DNA of 64,000 bases from Christensenellaceae bacterium (GTDB taxonomy: Bacteria; Bacillota; Clostridia; Christensenellales; CAG-138). Numbering within the stretch: the first letter of the stretch is position 1; every line of letters begins with the position of its first letter. This document shows positions 8,511-18,581 of the stretch, piece by piece. A program made the translations under genes and the position numbers. The notes under the pieces were generated by a model. That model did not search any database and was not told the DNA's origin. It saw nothing but the letters and a program-made list of their open reading frames with translations. Location: contig OY764017.1 of NCBI GenBank assembly GCA_963667795.1, positions 2,356,079 to 2,420,078 of the forward strand, written 5' to 3'.

Positions 8511-11500
8511 TTACGAAAAATATACGACCGCCGATTCGAACAGACGCATATCGAACACGCCCGGCACGTTTTTGTACAAACCGTCGCCAATGCGTTCGCT
8601 GTGACCCATTTTGCCGAGGATACGGCCGTCCGGCGACGTAACGGCTTCCACGGCCGCGAACGAACCACTCGGATTAAAGCGCACGTCCATGGAAGGCTTA
8701 CCGACTTCGTCAACGTACCGCGCCGCAATCTGCGCGTTTTGCACCAAGTCTTCAAACACATTTGGCGGGCATAAAAACCGGCCTTCACCATGCGAAATTG
8801 GTGCGGTATAGATTTCGCCAGCACCGGCAAGCATCAGCCACGGCGATTTGTCGGACGTGACGAGCGTCCGCACAAGGCGGGACTGATGCCGCCCGATCGC
8901 GTTGAAGGTCAAAGTTGGTGCATCGACCGAAGGTTCCATAATGTGTCCGTAGGGAAGCAGGCCGAGTTTGATGAGTGCCTGAAATCCGTTGCAGATGCCA
9001 AGCGCGAGGCCATCTCGCTCGTCAAGCAGACGGGTTAATGCATCGGCGGCGAGAGGATTTCTCAAAAACGCGGTGATATATTTGCCAGAGCCGTCCGGTT
9101 CGTCACCGTTGGAAAAACCGCCGGGTAAAAACAGCGCCTGCGCGTTGTTCAGGTGTGCGGAAAATGCATGCAAAGATTCGTTTGTTGCCGCGGCGGATTG
9201 GGTTCTGATAACCAGAACGTCCGCAACGGCACCGGCATGCTCCACGGCACGGGCGGACTCATATTCGCAATTGGTGCCGGGGAAAACCGGAATTAAAATT
9301 CTGGGCTTCGTAATTTTAATGCATGGCGTAACGCGCTTTTCGGCATGGACGATCGGCACGTCGGCGATTGAGTCCGACGAGTCTGCGTGTGTGGGAAAGA
9401 CACCTTCCAGCGTTTCTTCATATGCTGTTTCCAGTTCGTCCATTGAAACGGTTTCGTTTTGCCAGACCATCGTTTGATCGGAAAGTGTGCGTCCAAGCAA
9501 TGTACCAATATTGCAACCATCTGCAAGTTCCACAATAAATGCGCCACAGCGTGACTGGAATAGATACTGAAGCGTCTGCTTGTCATCAAATTGAAAACCG
9601 AGACCATCGCCAAGGCACATTTTGAAGATTGCCTCGGCGATCCCACCTGCCCCCGGCGCATAAACCGAGAACACCTGCTTTGCAGTGATCAATTCGTGAA
9701 TCTGTTGGAATAATCGGTTCAGCGAATCCGGTTCCGGCAAACCATCGTCACGATAATCGGGGCAGAGCAACGCAACATTCGAACCGACGTGCTTAAATTC
9801 GGGCGAGAGCATCGTTTTTGAATCCCCGACGGCAACCGCAAAACTGACAAGCGTTGGCGGCACGTCAAGCGATTCGAATGAGCCGCTCATGGAGTCTTTG
9901 CCGCCGATTGCGGCAACGCCGAGGTCCATTTGCGCGGCCAGCGCGCCGAGCAGCGCCGCCGTCGGTTTTCCCCAACGGACGGGGTCTGTGCCGGGCTTTC
10001 CAAAATATTCCTGAAACGTTAGATAGCGCTCGTCCAGCGGCGCGCCGGACGCGGCCAACTTGGCAAGCGAATCGACAACGGCGCAATACCCGCCGGAATA
10101 CGGGGACGCTTCCGAAAGATATGGATCGTACCCCCAGGACATCACGGTGCATGCGTCGGTTTCACCATGTAAGAGCGGGAACTTTGCCGCCATGACCTGC
10201 GAAGGCGTCATCTGACGTGAACCGCCGAACGGCATGAGCACGCTGTATGCGCCGACCGTGGAATCGAAGCGTTCGCTCAATCCACGTTTGGAACAGACAT
10301 TCAAATCCGATACCAGTGTTTTATATTGCTCGGCAAAACTGCTATGTACTGTCTTTGCGGCGCGGGTGTTCGGCCGCTCTATTCGTGCTTGCGCATGTTT
10401 GCTTGCGCCGTTGCTGTCGATAAAGCTTCTTGGTAATTCCACAATACGCTCACCCCGCCAGCACATGGTCAACCGTGGCGCTTCGGTCACGGTTGCTACG
10501 GCTACGGCGGATAAATTCTCCTGATCTGCCAGTGAGATAAATCGCGCCACATCTTCGGGCGCGACGACGACGGCCATGCGCTCCTGCGACTCGCTGATGG
10601 CGAGTTCCGTTCCATCAAGGCCTTCGTATTTTATGGGAACTTTGTCGAGGTCGATTGACAGCCCGTCGGCCAACTCGCCGATGGCCACAGAAACGCCGCC
10701 CGCACCAAAGTCGTTGCAGCGCTTGATGAGCCGCGCCGCCTCGGAATTGCGAAACAGACGCTGGAGTTTCCGTTCTTCCGGCGCGTTGCCTTTTTGCACT
10801 TCCGCACCGCACTGTGCAAGCGAACCCGTGTCATGTGCCTTGGATGATCCGGTCGCCCCGCCGCATCCGTCCCGCCCGGTCTTTCCGCCAAGCAGTAAAA
10901 CGACGTCACCGTCCACGGGTGTTTCGCGACGGACGTTTTCCGCCGGAACCGCGCCGATCACCGCGCCGATCTCCATGCGCTTTGCAAGGAAGCCTTCGTG
11001 GTAAATTTCGTCCACCAGGCCCGTTGCAAGGCCAATTTGGTTGCCATAGGAACTATATCCCGCCGCGGCGGTGGTTACAAGCTTTCGCTGTGGCAGTTTG
11101 CCGGGTAATGTTTCGGAGTACGGCCGTCTCGGGTCGGCGGCTCCGGTTACGCGCATCGCCTGATAAACGAACGACCGCCCGGAAAGCGGGTCGCGTATGG
11201 CACCGCCGATACATGTCGCCGCGCCGCCGAACGGCTCGATCTCTGTCGGGTGGTTGTGCGTTTCGTTTTTAAACAATACCAGCCAACGTTCACGCCTGCC
11301 GTTGACCGTAATCTCCGTCTTGACCGTGCATGCATTGATTTCCGCAGAATCGTCCAGATTGTCCAGCTTGCCGTTCCGTTGGAACCAGCGTCCGGCGATC
11401 GTTGCCAGATCCATTAGCGTCACGGGCTTGGTGACACCGAGCTCGCGCCGCATGGAAAGGTAATCCTGATATGTTTTTTCTGCACGCGCGTCGGAAAACG

Positions 11501-12203
11501 TTACCTCGTCCAGCTCGGTAAGGAATGTGGTGTGCCGGCAATGATCCGACCAGTAGGTGTCGAGCAGTTTCAGCTCCGTGAGTGTCGGGTCACGTTTTTC
11601 GGAACGAAAATGTGCGCGACAGCACTTCAGGTCGTCCAGATCCATCGCAAGGCCGTATTCGACAATCAGGCTGTTTAAATGCTCGTCGTCAAGCGAGGTG
11701 AATCCGTTCAGTGTTGGTATGGGTTCGGGCGCGCAGGATTCCAGCGTCAACGTCTGATATGTTTCCAGCGAAGCTTCGCACGCTTCCACCGGATTGATAA
11801 CATATTGCCGTATTGCGGAAAGATCATCCCCACTTACAATGCCATTTATCCGATAAACACGTGAAGCCCTCACCACCGGAGCATCTTTTCCGGAAAGAAG
11901 TGCAATGCATTGCCCCGCTGCGTCGGCCCGCTGGTCATATTGCCCGGGAAGATATTCCACAGCAAACATTGTTTGCGCGTCGTCCGGCAGCATGTCGTAT
12001 ATCAAATCGGTTTGCGGTTCTGCAAACACCGCGTACCGGAAGGACGAAAACAGTTCTGCGTCAACGCCTTCCACGTCATACCGATTCAAAATGCGAACGC
12101 CGGTAACGCTCTTTATCCCCAGTACGTCCCGAATATCCGCGAGGAGCGCGGTTGCTTCCTGTGCGAATTCCGGTCGCTTTTCAACATAAATTCTATTTAC
12201 CAT
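8511..12203 (-). CDS. purL: Phosphoribosylformylglycinamidine (FGAM) synthase, single-chain large PurL
   Basis: About 1230 aa with AIR-synthase-like repeats ('ETHNHPTEIEPFGGAATCIGG') and a C-terminal glutaminase ('GICNGFQALIKLG', 'HGEGRF'). The start at MVNRIYVEKR has SD aaaggaaaa. Confidence 0.9.
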   Translation of the reverse strand: MVNRIYVEKRPEFAQEATALLADIRDVLGIKSVTGVRILNRYDVEGVDAELFSSFRYAVFAEPQTDLIYDMLPDDAQTMFAVEYLPGQYDQRADAAGQCIALLSGKDAPVVRASRVYRINGIVSGDDLSAIRQYVINPVEACEASLETYQTLTLESCAPEPIPTLNGFTSLDDEHLNSLIVEYGLAMDLDDLKCCRAHFRSEKRDPTLTELKLLDTYWSDHCRHTTFLTELDEVTFSDARAEKTYQDYLSMRRELGVTKPVTLMDLATIAGRWFQRNGKLDNLDDSAEINACTVKTEITVNGRRERWLVLFKNETHNHPTEIEPFGGAATCIGGAIRDPLSGRSFVYQAMRVTGAADPRRPYSETLPGKLPQRKLVTTAAAGYSSYGNQIGLATGLVDEIYHEGFLAKRMEIGAVIGAVPAENVRRETPVDGDVVLLLGGKTGRDGCGGATGSSKAHDTGSLAQCGAEVQKGNAPEERKLQRLFRNSEAARLIKRCNDFGAGGVSVAIGELADGLSIDLDKVPIKYEGLDGTELAISESQERMAVVVAPEDVARFISLADQENLSAVAVATVTEAPRLTMCWRGERIVELPRSFIDSNGASKHAQARIERPNTRAAKTVHSSFAEQYKTLVSDLNVCSKRGLSERFDSTVGAYSVLMPFGGSRQMTPSQVMAAKFPLLHGETDACTVMSWGYDPYLSEASPYSGGYCAVVDSLAKLAASGAPLDERYLTFQEYFGKPGTDPVRWGKPTAALLGALAAQMDLGVAAIGGKDSMSGSFESLDVPPTLVSFAVAVGDSKTMLSPEFKHVGSNVALLCPDYRDDGLPEPDSLNRLFQQIHELITAKQVFSVYAPGAGGIAEAIFKMCLGDGLGFQFDDKQTLQYLFQSRCGAFIVELADGCNIGTLLGRTLSDQTMVWQNETVSMDELETAYEETLEGVFPTHADSSDSIADVPIVHAEKRVTPCIKITKPRILIPVFPGTNCEYESARAVEHAGAVADVLVIRTQSAAATNESLHAFSAHLNNAQALFLPGGFSNGDEPDGSGKYITAFLRNPLAADALTRLLDERDGLALGICNGFQALIKLGLLPYGHIMEPSVDAPTLTFNAIGRHQSRLVRTLVTSDKSPWLMLAGAGEIYTAPISHGEGRFLCPPNVFEDLVQNAQIAARYVDEVGKPSMDVRFNPSGSFAAVEAVTSPDGRILGKMGHSERIGDGLYKNVPGVFDMRLFESAVVYFS

Positions 12204-12227
12204 CGTTTTCCTTTTTGGTTGCAAAAT

Positions 12228-13505
12228 TTATTGTTCGGTCGCTGTCAGCGCGCGTTCGCCGATATCGTGCCGGTAAAACGCGTTTTCAAAGCGAATGTTC
12301 TTCACCGCTTCATAGGCGGCGCACTGTGCTTTGCGCGGTGTGTCACCGACGGCGGTCACACCAAGCACGCGCCCGCCGGAGGTGCGTATTCGCCCGCTTT
12401 CGCATTGGGTTCCCGCGTGATATACAAAAGTGTTTTTTTGAAGACCAGCATCGTTGATCGAAATTTCAAAACCGGTTTCATATTTTGCCGGATAACCCTG
12501 CGAAGCCATCACAACGCAACAGGCCGCGCCGTCTTTTATCCGCACCGGAATATCACAAAGGCGTTCGTCTTCCACGACGAGCATGATTTCGAACAAATCC
12601 GACTCCAGCAACGGCAAAACGACCTGCGTCTCGGGATCGCCGAAACGGCAGTTGTATTCGATGACCTTCGGGCCGTTATCCGTCAGCATTAAACCAAAAT
12701 AGAGACATCCCTTGAACTTGCGGCCTTCCGCGTTCATCGCCCGTATGGTTGGCAAAAAGATACGCTCCATGCATTCTTTTGCGATTGGTTCTGTATAGAA
12801 TGGATTCGGCGCAAGCGCACCCATGCCGCCGGTGTTCGGACCCAAGTCGTTATCAAACGCGCGCTTGTGGTCAAGCGCCGACACCATAGGAATTAGCGTG
12901 CTGCCGTCGGTAAAGGCGAGTACGCTCACTTCGTTGCCGGTTAAAAACTCTTCGATGACGACGCGTCGACCGCTTTGCCCAAGCGCACCTTGCTCCATGA
13001 GCGCGGATATCGCTTGTTTTGCTTCGTCTTCAGTTTGTGCAATAAACACGCCTTTTCCAAGAGCCGGACCATCGGCTTTTACAACGGTTGGGTACGGAAT
13101 TGTGGAAAGGTACGCGTAAGCGTCAGCCGCTTGGTCGAACACCTTGTAAGATGCGGTCGGGATGCTGTACTTTTGCATGAGTTCCTTAGCAAAACTTTTG
13201 CTGCCTTCAATGGCGGCGGCTGCGGCGGAAGGCCCGAAACAGCGAACACCGACACTGCGCAGCCGGTCGCACGCGCCCTGAATCAACGGGTCATCAGGTG
13301 CGACAATCGCAAAAGAAATGTCCTTTTCGAGCGCGAACGCAATGATGCCGTCGATGTCCGTTGCGGATATCGGGACGCACGTGGCGTGCTCGCTCATGCC
13401 GCCGTTGCCTGGCAAGGCATAAATCGTATCGATGCGCGGGTTTTCAAGCAACTTTTCCAGTATGGCGTGTTCGCGGCCGCCACCGCCGACCAACATGATT
13501 TTCAT
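12228..13505 (-). CDS. purD: Phosphoribosylamine--glycine ligase
   Basis: 'MKIMLVGGGGREHAI', an ATP-grasp core 'VVKADGPALGKGV', and 'GPKVIEYNCRFGDPE'. 425 aa. Confidence 0.9.
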   Translation of the reverse strand: MKIMLVGGGGREHAILEKLLENPRIDTIYALPGNGGMSEHATCVPISATDIDGIIAFALEKDISFAIVAPDDPLIQGACDRLRSVGVRCFGPSAAAAAIEGSKSFAKELMQKYSIPTASYKVFDQAADAYAYLSTIPYPTVVKADGPALGKGVFIAQTEDEAKQAISALMEQGALGQSGRRVVIEEFLTGNEVSVLAFTDGSTLIPMVSALDHKRAFDNDLGPNTGGMGALAPNPFYTEPIAKECMERIFLPTIRAMNAEGRKFKGCLYFGLMLTDNGPKVIEYNCRFGDPETQVVLPLLESDLFEIMLVVEDERLCDIPVRIKDGAACCVVMASQGYPAKYETGFEISINDAGLQKNTFVYHAGTQCESGRIRTSGGRVLGVTAVGDTPRKAQCAAYEAVKNIRFENAFYRHDIGERALTATEQ

Positions 13506-13581
13506 ATCTTTATCTTCACTGATCCTTCGTTTGCATTTGCTTTTTTTCGGATTCCGTCGCCGACAGAGAAACGCTTGTGTT

Positions 13582-14763
13582 TTAATGATGGAACAGACGA
13601 AGTCCGGTAAAGAACATCGCCATGCCGTATTTGTCACAAGCGGCGATCACGTCCGCATCGCGCACCGACCCGCCGGGTTGTGCAATGTAAACGACACCGC
13701 TTTCACGGGCACGGTCAATATTGTCGCCAAAGGGGAAGAATGCGTCGCTGCCGAGAGAAACGCCGGACAACCGGGCGATGTGCTCCGCGCGGTCGCTCTG
13801 CGACAGTGGCTCCGGCTTGCTCGTAAACCAGTTTTTCCAGCCGTTCTCGCTGAATGCGTCGTCGACACGCCCAGAGATGTAGGAGTCGATCAGATTGTCA
13901 CATTCAGGCCGCTTCAGTGTTGGCAGAAACGGCAGGTTCAACACCTTGTCATGGCGGCGCATCCACCAAATATCCGCTTTTTCACCGGCCAGCCGCGTAC
14001 AGTGGATGCGGGACTGTTGGCCTGCACCAACGCCAATGGTCTGTCCGCCGCAGGCAAAGCAGACCGAGTTCGACTGCGTATATTTCAGCGTAATCAGCGA
14101 AAGGACCAGGTCGCGTTTGGCGGACGCGTCCACCGTTTTTTGATTTGTAACGGATTCGCCGAGTAATTCCATGCCGATTTCGGCGGCGTTGCGCGGCTGT
14201 TCAAACGTGACGCCGAACACTTGCTTGCTTTCCATTACAGCGGGCTCGTAACTTTCGTCGATACGAAGCACACCATAGGTTCCTTTGCGTTTGGTTTTTA
14301 ATATTTCAAGAGCTTCCTTCGTATAACCCGGCGCGATCACGCCGTCCGACACTTCGCGCTTGATGATGGACGCGGTAGTAGCGTCGCAAACGTCACTCAA
14401 TGCGATAAAATCGCCAAAGGACGACATGCGGTCGGTTCCGCGTGCCCGTGCATAAGCACAGGCGACGGGCGAAGCGTTTATGCCGTCGATATCGTCCACC
14501 GCACAGGCTTGCAGATCGGTCTCACTCAGCGGCAAACCGAGCGCAGCGCCCGCGGGGCTGACATGCTTGAACGACGCGGCGGCGGGCAAGCCGAGAGACA
14601 TCTTTAATTCTTTTACGAGTTGCCATGCGTTCAGCGCGTCAAGAAAATTGATGTAGCCTGGCCGCCCGTTAAGCACCTCTATGGGCAGTTCGCCACTTTC
14701 CATATAGATACGCGCGGGTTTCTGGTGTGGGTTGCAGCCATATTTTAAAGCGAGTTCTTTCAT
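13582..14763 (-). CDS. purH: AICAR formyltransferase (a PurH lacking the N-terminal MGS-type IMP cyclohydrolase domain)
   Basis: 393 aa. 'KYGCNPHQKPA', 'FKHVSPAG' and 'GGSVRDADVIAACDKYGMAMFFTGLRLFHH' form the AICARFT C-terminal signature. No MGS-like domain is present. Confidence 0.85.
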   Translation of the reverse strand: MKELALKYGCNPHQKPARIYMESGELPIEVLNGRPGYINFLDALNAWQLVKELKMSLGLPAAASFKHVSPAGAALGLPLSETDLQACAVDDIDGINASPVACAYARARGTDRMSSFGDFIALSDVCDATTASIIKREVSDGVIAPGYTKEALEILKTKRKGTYGVLRIDESYEPAVMESKQVFGVTFEQPRNAAEIGMELLGESVTNQKTVDASAKRDLVLSLITLKYTQSNSVCFACGGQTIGVGAGQQSRIHCTRLAGEKADIWWMRRHDKVLNLPFLPTLKRPECDNLIDSYISGRVDDAFSENGWKNWFTSKPEPLSQSDRAEHIARLSGVSLGSDAFFPFGDNIDRARESGVVYIAQPGGSVRDADVIAACDKYGMAMFFTGLRLFHH

Positions 14764-15485
14764 GCTTTGCTTTCCTCCGTAACGTATTGGTTGAACAGTT
14801 TGTCTTCGTATGCACCGCTGCGGACGTCCGTATAGCGCACGTAAAGCGAAATCTTGTTATCCGGATTGAGTGCGTTCCACACGCCGTCCGCGAACGCGTC
14901 GATTCCGTTTGGTATAGCAACGGACTTGGGTTCGCCTGAAAAACTGGGCAATACCGCTCCATCTCCGTCATAGGTGTGAATGAAATGCCCGACGCCTGCT
15001 GCCGGCTCATACGCAAAGGTTTGGCGGAGCGCGGTTTTGCCGTCCGTATCGCCGGATTTGAGGATGGATAGCTTATACGAAAATGCGTCCGCAAAACAGA
15101 GCATACCGCTGATGCGGGGCGTGAAGTGCGGCGCGTCCGGCTCAAAACAGCGCGTTTCAAGCGCCTGCTCAAAGGTTTTTCCAACGGTAAGTGCGTCGCG
15201 AATCGTGTCGGTCTGATCGCCGTTTGTAACAACTGTCACGCCGGGAAACGTGCGAAGCGGTGAATACAGAATCAAGCTCGTATCCGCGGTTTTGCTTGCA
15301 TCCAAAATGTGGATATCGAGGTCATCTCCGTTCTTGACAAATGCGCGGCTGCGACTCCCTGCGCTGCGTCCCATAATAAAATATGCCAGCGCCGCTTTTT
15401 TGCCGTCCGGACTGAAGCCGAGGACGATACCGCGACCCGGATACGTGTTGTTCTCCAGTAAATCATATAAGCTCTGTTGTTCCAT
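14760..15485 (-). CDS. IMP cyclohydrolase, PurO-like (archaeal type)
   Basis: 241 aa. 'NTYPGRGIVLG.SPDGKKAALAYFIMGRS' resembles the PurO / IMP_cyclohyd family. It overlaps the purH start by 4 nt and sits inside the pur operon. Confidence 0.7.
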   Translation of the reverse strand: MEQQSLYDLLENNTYPGRGIVLGFSPDGKKAALAYFIMGRSAGSRSRAFVKNGDDLDIHILDASKTADTSLILYSPLRTFPGVTVVTNGDQTDTIRDALTVGKTFEQALETRCFEPDAPHFTPRISGMLCFADAFSYKLSILKSGDTDGKTALRQTFAYEPAAGVGHFIHTYDGDGAVLPSFSGEPKSVAIPNGIDAFADGVWNALNPDNKISLYVRYTDVRSGAYEDKLFNQYVTEESKA

Positions 15486-16108
15486 TAAAAAACCTCTCTT
15501 TCAAGATGCTTGATTAAATCCGCGCAAACCATTTCTGCCGCCGCGGGGAGCAGTTTCCATTCTGCCTGCTCCATCACACGTCGCTGTAGCGTCTCCGCTG
15601 TATCGCCGGGGAGAACTTCGACGGATTCTTGCATAAGAATACGGCCGCCGTCGGGCACTTCGTTAACCATATGCACCGTTGCGCCCGTTGTGGATTCTCC
15701 GGCGGCAAGCACCGACTCGTGCACCTTCAGACCGTAGAAACCCTTGCCGCAATGCGCGGGAATCATCGAAGGATGCACGTTTAAAATTCGGTCGGGATAT
15801 CGTTCTACAAAAGAAGCGCTCAGTATCTGCATAAAGCCAGCAAGGACGATCACGTTAATTTGATGATCCGAAAGAACGGACAGCAGTTTCTCTTCAAACG
15901 TCTCGCGTGTCGAAAAGTCCGCCCGCGATACCGTTGCGGTCGCGATGTTCGCTTTTTTTGCGCGCTCCAGCGCGTAAGCGCCGGGCTTGTTGGAAACGAC
16001 AAGCGCAAGACTGCCGCTTGTAAAAGCACCGTTTTGTTGTGCGTCGATGAGCGCCTGTAGATTGGTACCGTTTCCCGAAACCAAAACGGCGACGCGTGGT
16101 TTCAGCAT
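15485..16108 (-). CDS. purN: Phosphoribosylglycinamide formyltransferase
   Basis: 'VAVLVSGNGTNLQALID', 'LAGFMQIL' and 'ILNVHPSMIP..G' are present. 207 aa. Confidence 0.9.
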   Translation of the reverse strand: MLKPRVAVLVSGNGTNLQALIDAQQNGAFTSGSLALVVSNKPGAYALERAKKANIATATVSRADFSTRETFEEKLLSVLSDHQINVIVLAGFMQILSASFVERYPDRILNVHPSMIPAHCGKGFYGLKVHESVLAAGESTTGATVHMVNEVPDGGRILMQESVEVLPGDTAETLQRRVMEQAEWKLLPAAAEMVCADLIKHLEREVF

Positions 16109-17112
16109 AGTGTTACGCCTTCCTCGCCTTTCACGACTTCGCCGATGCGATACGCTTCGATGCCTTCGTTGTTTAGTATTTCAATCGCCCGGTCGGCTTG
16201 CGCTTGTGACATGGTCAACGTCATGCCGACGCCCATGTTGAACGTATTGAACATCTCGCGCTCCTCGATATTGCCGAGCGACATCAGTAATTTGAAAATG
16301 GGCAAAACCCGAACGCTTTGCTTTTCGATGCGAGCAGAAAGCCCGGCGGGAAGACTGCGCGGGATATTTTCGTAGAAACCGCCGCCGGTAATATGCGCGG
16401 CGGAGTGTACTTCGACTTTCCCGATCAGCGAAAGTACGGGCTTTACATAGATGCGCGTCGGAGTAAGCAATTCTTCGCCAAGTGTTTTACCAAGCTCGGG
16501 TTTGAATTCGTCAAGCGTTTTGCGCTCCATCGGTATGAGCTTGCGTACTAGCGAAAATCCGTTGGAATGAATGCCGGACGACGCCAGCGCGATGATCGCG
16601 TCGCCTTCGACAACGCGGCTGCTTTCGATCATTGCCGCTTTTTTCGTGATGCCGACGCAAAATCCTGCTAGGTCGTATTCGTCTTCGGTATAGAAGCCCG
16701 GCATTTCGGCGGTTTCGCCGCCGATCAGCGAACAGCCCGCCTGTCTGCAACCGTCCGCAACACCTTTGACGACGGCGGCGGCAACGTCCGGAACCAATTT
16801 TCCGGTCGCTATGTAGTCCAGGAAGAACAGCGGCTTTGCACCGTGACACACCACGTCATTGACGCACATAGCCACACAATCGATTCCGACTGTGTCGTGC
16901 CGCTCCATAACGAATGCGGCTTTGAGCTTTGTACCGACTCCGTCGGTTCCGGAGACGAGCACGTCGTCACCGAGTGCATACATGCCGCCGAACGAACCCA
17001 GCCCCTGCAAAACATTTCCGTCAAATGTGGATTCCGCATACGCCTTCATCTGCTTGACGGCGCTATAGCCCGCTTCCACATTTACGCCGGAATCCTTGTA
17101 TGTAATCGACAT
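16102..17112 (-). CDS. purM: Phosphoribosylformylglycinamidine cyclo-ligase (AIR synthase)
   Basis: 'YKDSGVNVEAG', 'SGTDGVGTKLK', 'DCVAMCVNDVVCHGAKPLFFLDY' and 'GGETAEMPG' are present. 336 aa. Confidence 0.9.
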   Translation of the reverse strand: MSITYKDSGVNVEAGYSAVKQMKAYAESTFDGNVLQGLGSFGGMYALGDDVLVSGTDGVGTKLKAAFVMERHDTVGIDCVAMCVNDVVCHGAKPLFFLDYIATGKLVPDVAAAVVKGVADGCRQAGCSLIGGETAEMPGFYTEDEYDLAGFCVGITKKAAMIESSRVVEGDAIIALASSGIHSNGFSLVRKLIPMERKTLDEFKPELGKTLGEELLTPTRIYVKPVLSLIGKVEVHSAAHITGGGFYENIPRSLPAGLSARIEKQSVRVLPIFKLLMSLGNIEEREMFNTFNMGVGMTLTMSQAQADRAIEILNNEGIEAYRIGEVVKGEEGVTLC

Positions 17113-17122
17113 GACCGTCTCC

Positions 17123-18580
17123 TTATTGATCTAGCAAATTTTTCTTACCGCTTTTCAACAACTCCGATACATCCTCTGGATACTTGCCACTAAAGCAGCC
17201 CGCGCAGAAATTGCATGCCGCACCTTCGACGGTTTTTTTGAGATCATCGAAGCTTAAATAACGCAGGGAATCAGCGCCGATAAACTTGCGGATTTCTTCG
17301 ACGGAGTGACTCGCGCCGATAAGCTGTTCGTGGGACGATGTGTCGATTCCAAAATAGCACGGGTGCGTAACCGGCGGTGAACTCACGCGCAGGTGTACTT
17401 CCTTTGCGCCTGCAGTGCGGAGCATCTCTACGATGCGTTTGCTCGTCGTGCCGCGCACAATGGAATCGTCCACCAGGAGCACGCGCTTTCCGCGCACATT
17501 GCGCTTGAGCACGCTGAGTTTCAGCGAAACGTCCATTTCTCGCCGATCCTGCGAAGGCTCGATGAAGGTGCGCCCCATATAACGGTTTTTTGAAAGTGCG
17601 ACAATGAACGGAAGCCCGGTCTGCTTTGCATAGCCCATTGCCGCAGGGAGCGATGAATCGGGCACGGCTGCTACGACGTCCACGTCGGCGGGCGAAGAGA
17701 TCGCGAGCAGCTCGCCCGCGCGTTCACGCGCTTTGTGTACCGAAATACCGTCGATGTCGGAATCCGGTCGGGCAAAATACACATACTCAAAAATACAAAG
17801 CGCTGTATCCGAAGCGTGCACCGCCTGATGCGACTTTAAGCCGTGCTGCCCGACTGCGATGATTTCGCCCGGGCGAACGTCGCGGATGAATTCTGCGCCG
17901 ATGGTGTCGAACGCGCAGGATTCGGACGCGAACACATATGCGCCATCGATACTTCCGAGCGCGAGAGGACGCATGCCTTTCGGGTCGCGAACGCCAACGA
18001 TCTGATCCCGCGTCATCAACACGAGCGCATAGCTGCCTTGCAGCCGCTCGGTCGCTTTTTCAACGCTTTCGACCAAATTCGAGGTGCCATTCTTTGCAAT
18101 AAGTGCACCGACGACTTCGGAATCGGAGGATGTCTGAAACGTCACGCCTTCGCTTTCAAGCTCTATGCGCAGCTCCTTTGCGTTGATGATATTGCCGTTG
18201 TGCGCAAGCGCAAACGGTCCGTCGGAGGATTCAACGAGCAGCGGCTGCGCGTTGGTCAGCGACGTGTCGCCCGTTGTGGAGTAGCGCACGTGGCCAACGG
18301 CCAGGCTTGCGCCGCTCAATAAAACAAGGCTGTCGCGGAATTTTCCGCTGACCAATCCCATTTCTTTGCAGCATTCGATACGCTTGCCGTGCGCAACGGC
18401 GATGCCTGCGCTCTCCTGGCCGCGGTGCTGCAGCGCAAAGAGCCCGTAATACGCCGCCTCGGCGGCGTCGATTCCACTGCCGTTACAGTAGATGCCAAAA
18501 ACACCGCATTCTTCGTTCATGCGGTCGTGCTCAGGCTTGAGACGATCATATGCTTTTGGCAGGCGTATGCGAAGCGGCAT
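17123..18580 (-). CDS. purF: Amidophosphoribosyltransferase
   Basis: A propeptide is followed by 'NEECGVFGIY' (Ntn Cys). 'VPDSSLPAAMGYA' and 'DDSIVRGTTSK' form the PRT motif, and a C-terminal Cys cluster is present. SD gggaga lies 5 nt before the ATG at 18580. Confidence 0.9.
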   Translation of the reverse strand: MPLRIRLPKAYDRLKPEHDRMNEECGVFGIYCNGSGIDAAEAAYYGLFALQHRGQESAGIAVAHGKRIECCKEMGLVSGKFRDSLVLLSGASLAVGHVRYSTTGDTSLTNAQPLLVESSDGPFALAHNGNIINAKELRIELESEGVTFQTSSDSEVVGALIAKNGTSNLVESVEKATERLQGSYALVLMTRDQIVGVRDPKGMRPLALGSIDGAYVFASESCAFDTIGAEFIRDVRPGEIIAVGQHGLKSHQAVHASDTALCIFEYVYFARPDSDIDGISVHKARERAGELLAISSPADVDVVAAVPDSSLPAAMGYAKQTGLPFIVALSKNRYMGRTFIEPSQDRREMDVSLKLSVLKRNVRGKRVLLVDDSIVRGTTSKRIVEMLRTAGAKEVHLRVSSPPVTHPCYFGIDTSSHEQLIGASHSVEEIRKFIGADSLRYLSFDDLKKTVEGAACNFCAGCFSGKYPEDVSELLKSGKKNLLDQ

Positions 18581-18581
18581 G

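Noticed and set aside
11910-14166. Antisense ORFs of 211-260 aa opposite purL, purD and purH (11910..12692, 12975..13610, 13432..14166)
   Set aside because: They are shadow ORFs inside well-supported pur genes. They have no motifs and no SD-linked starts.
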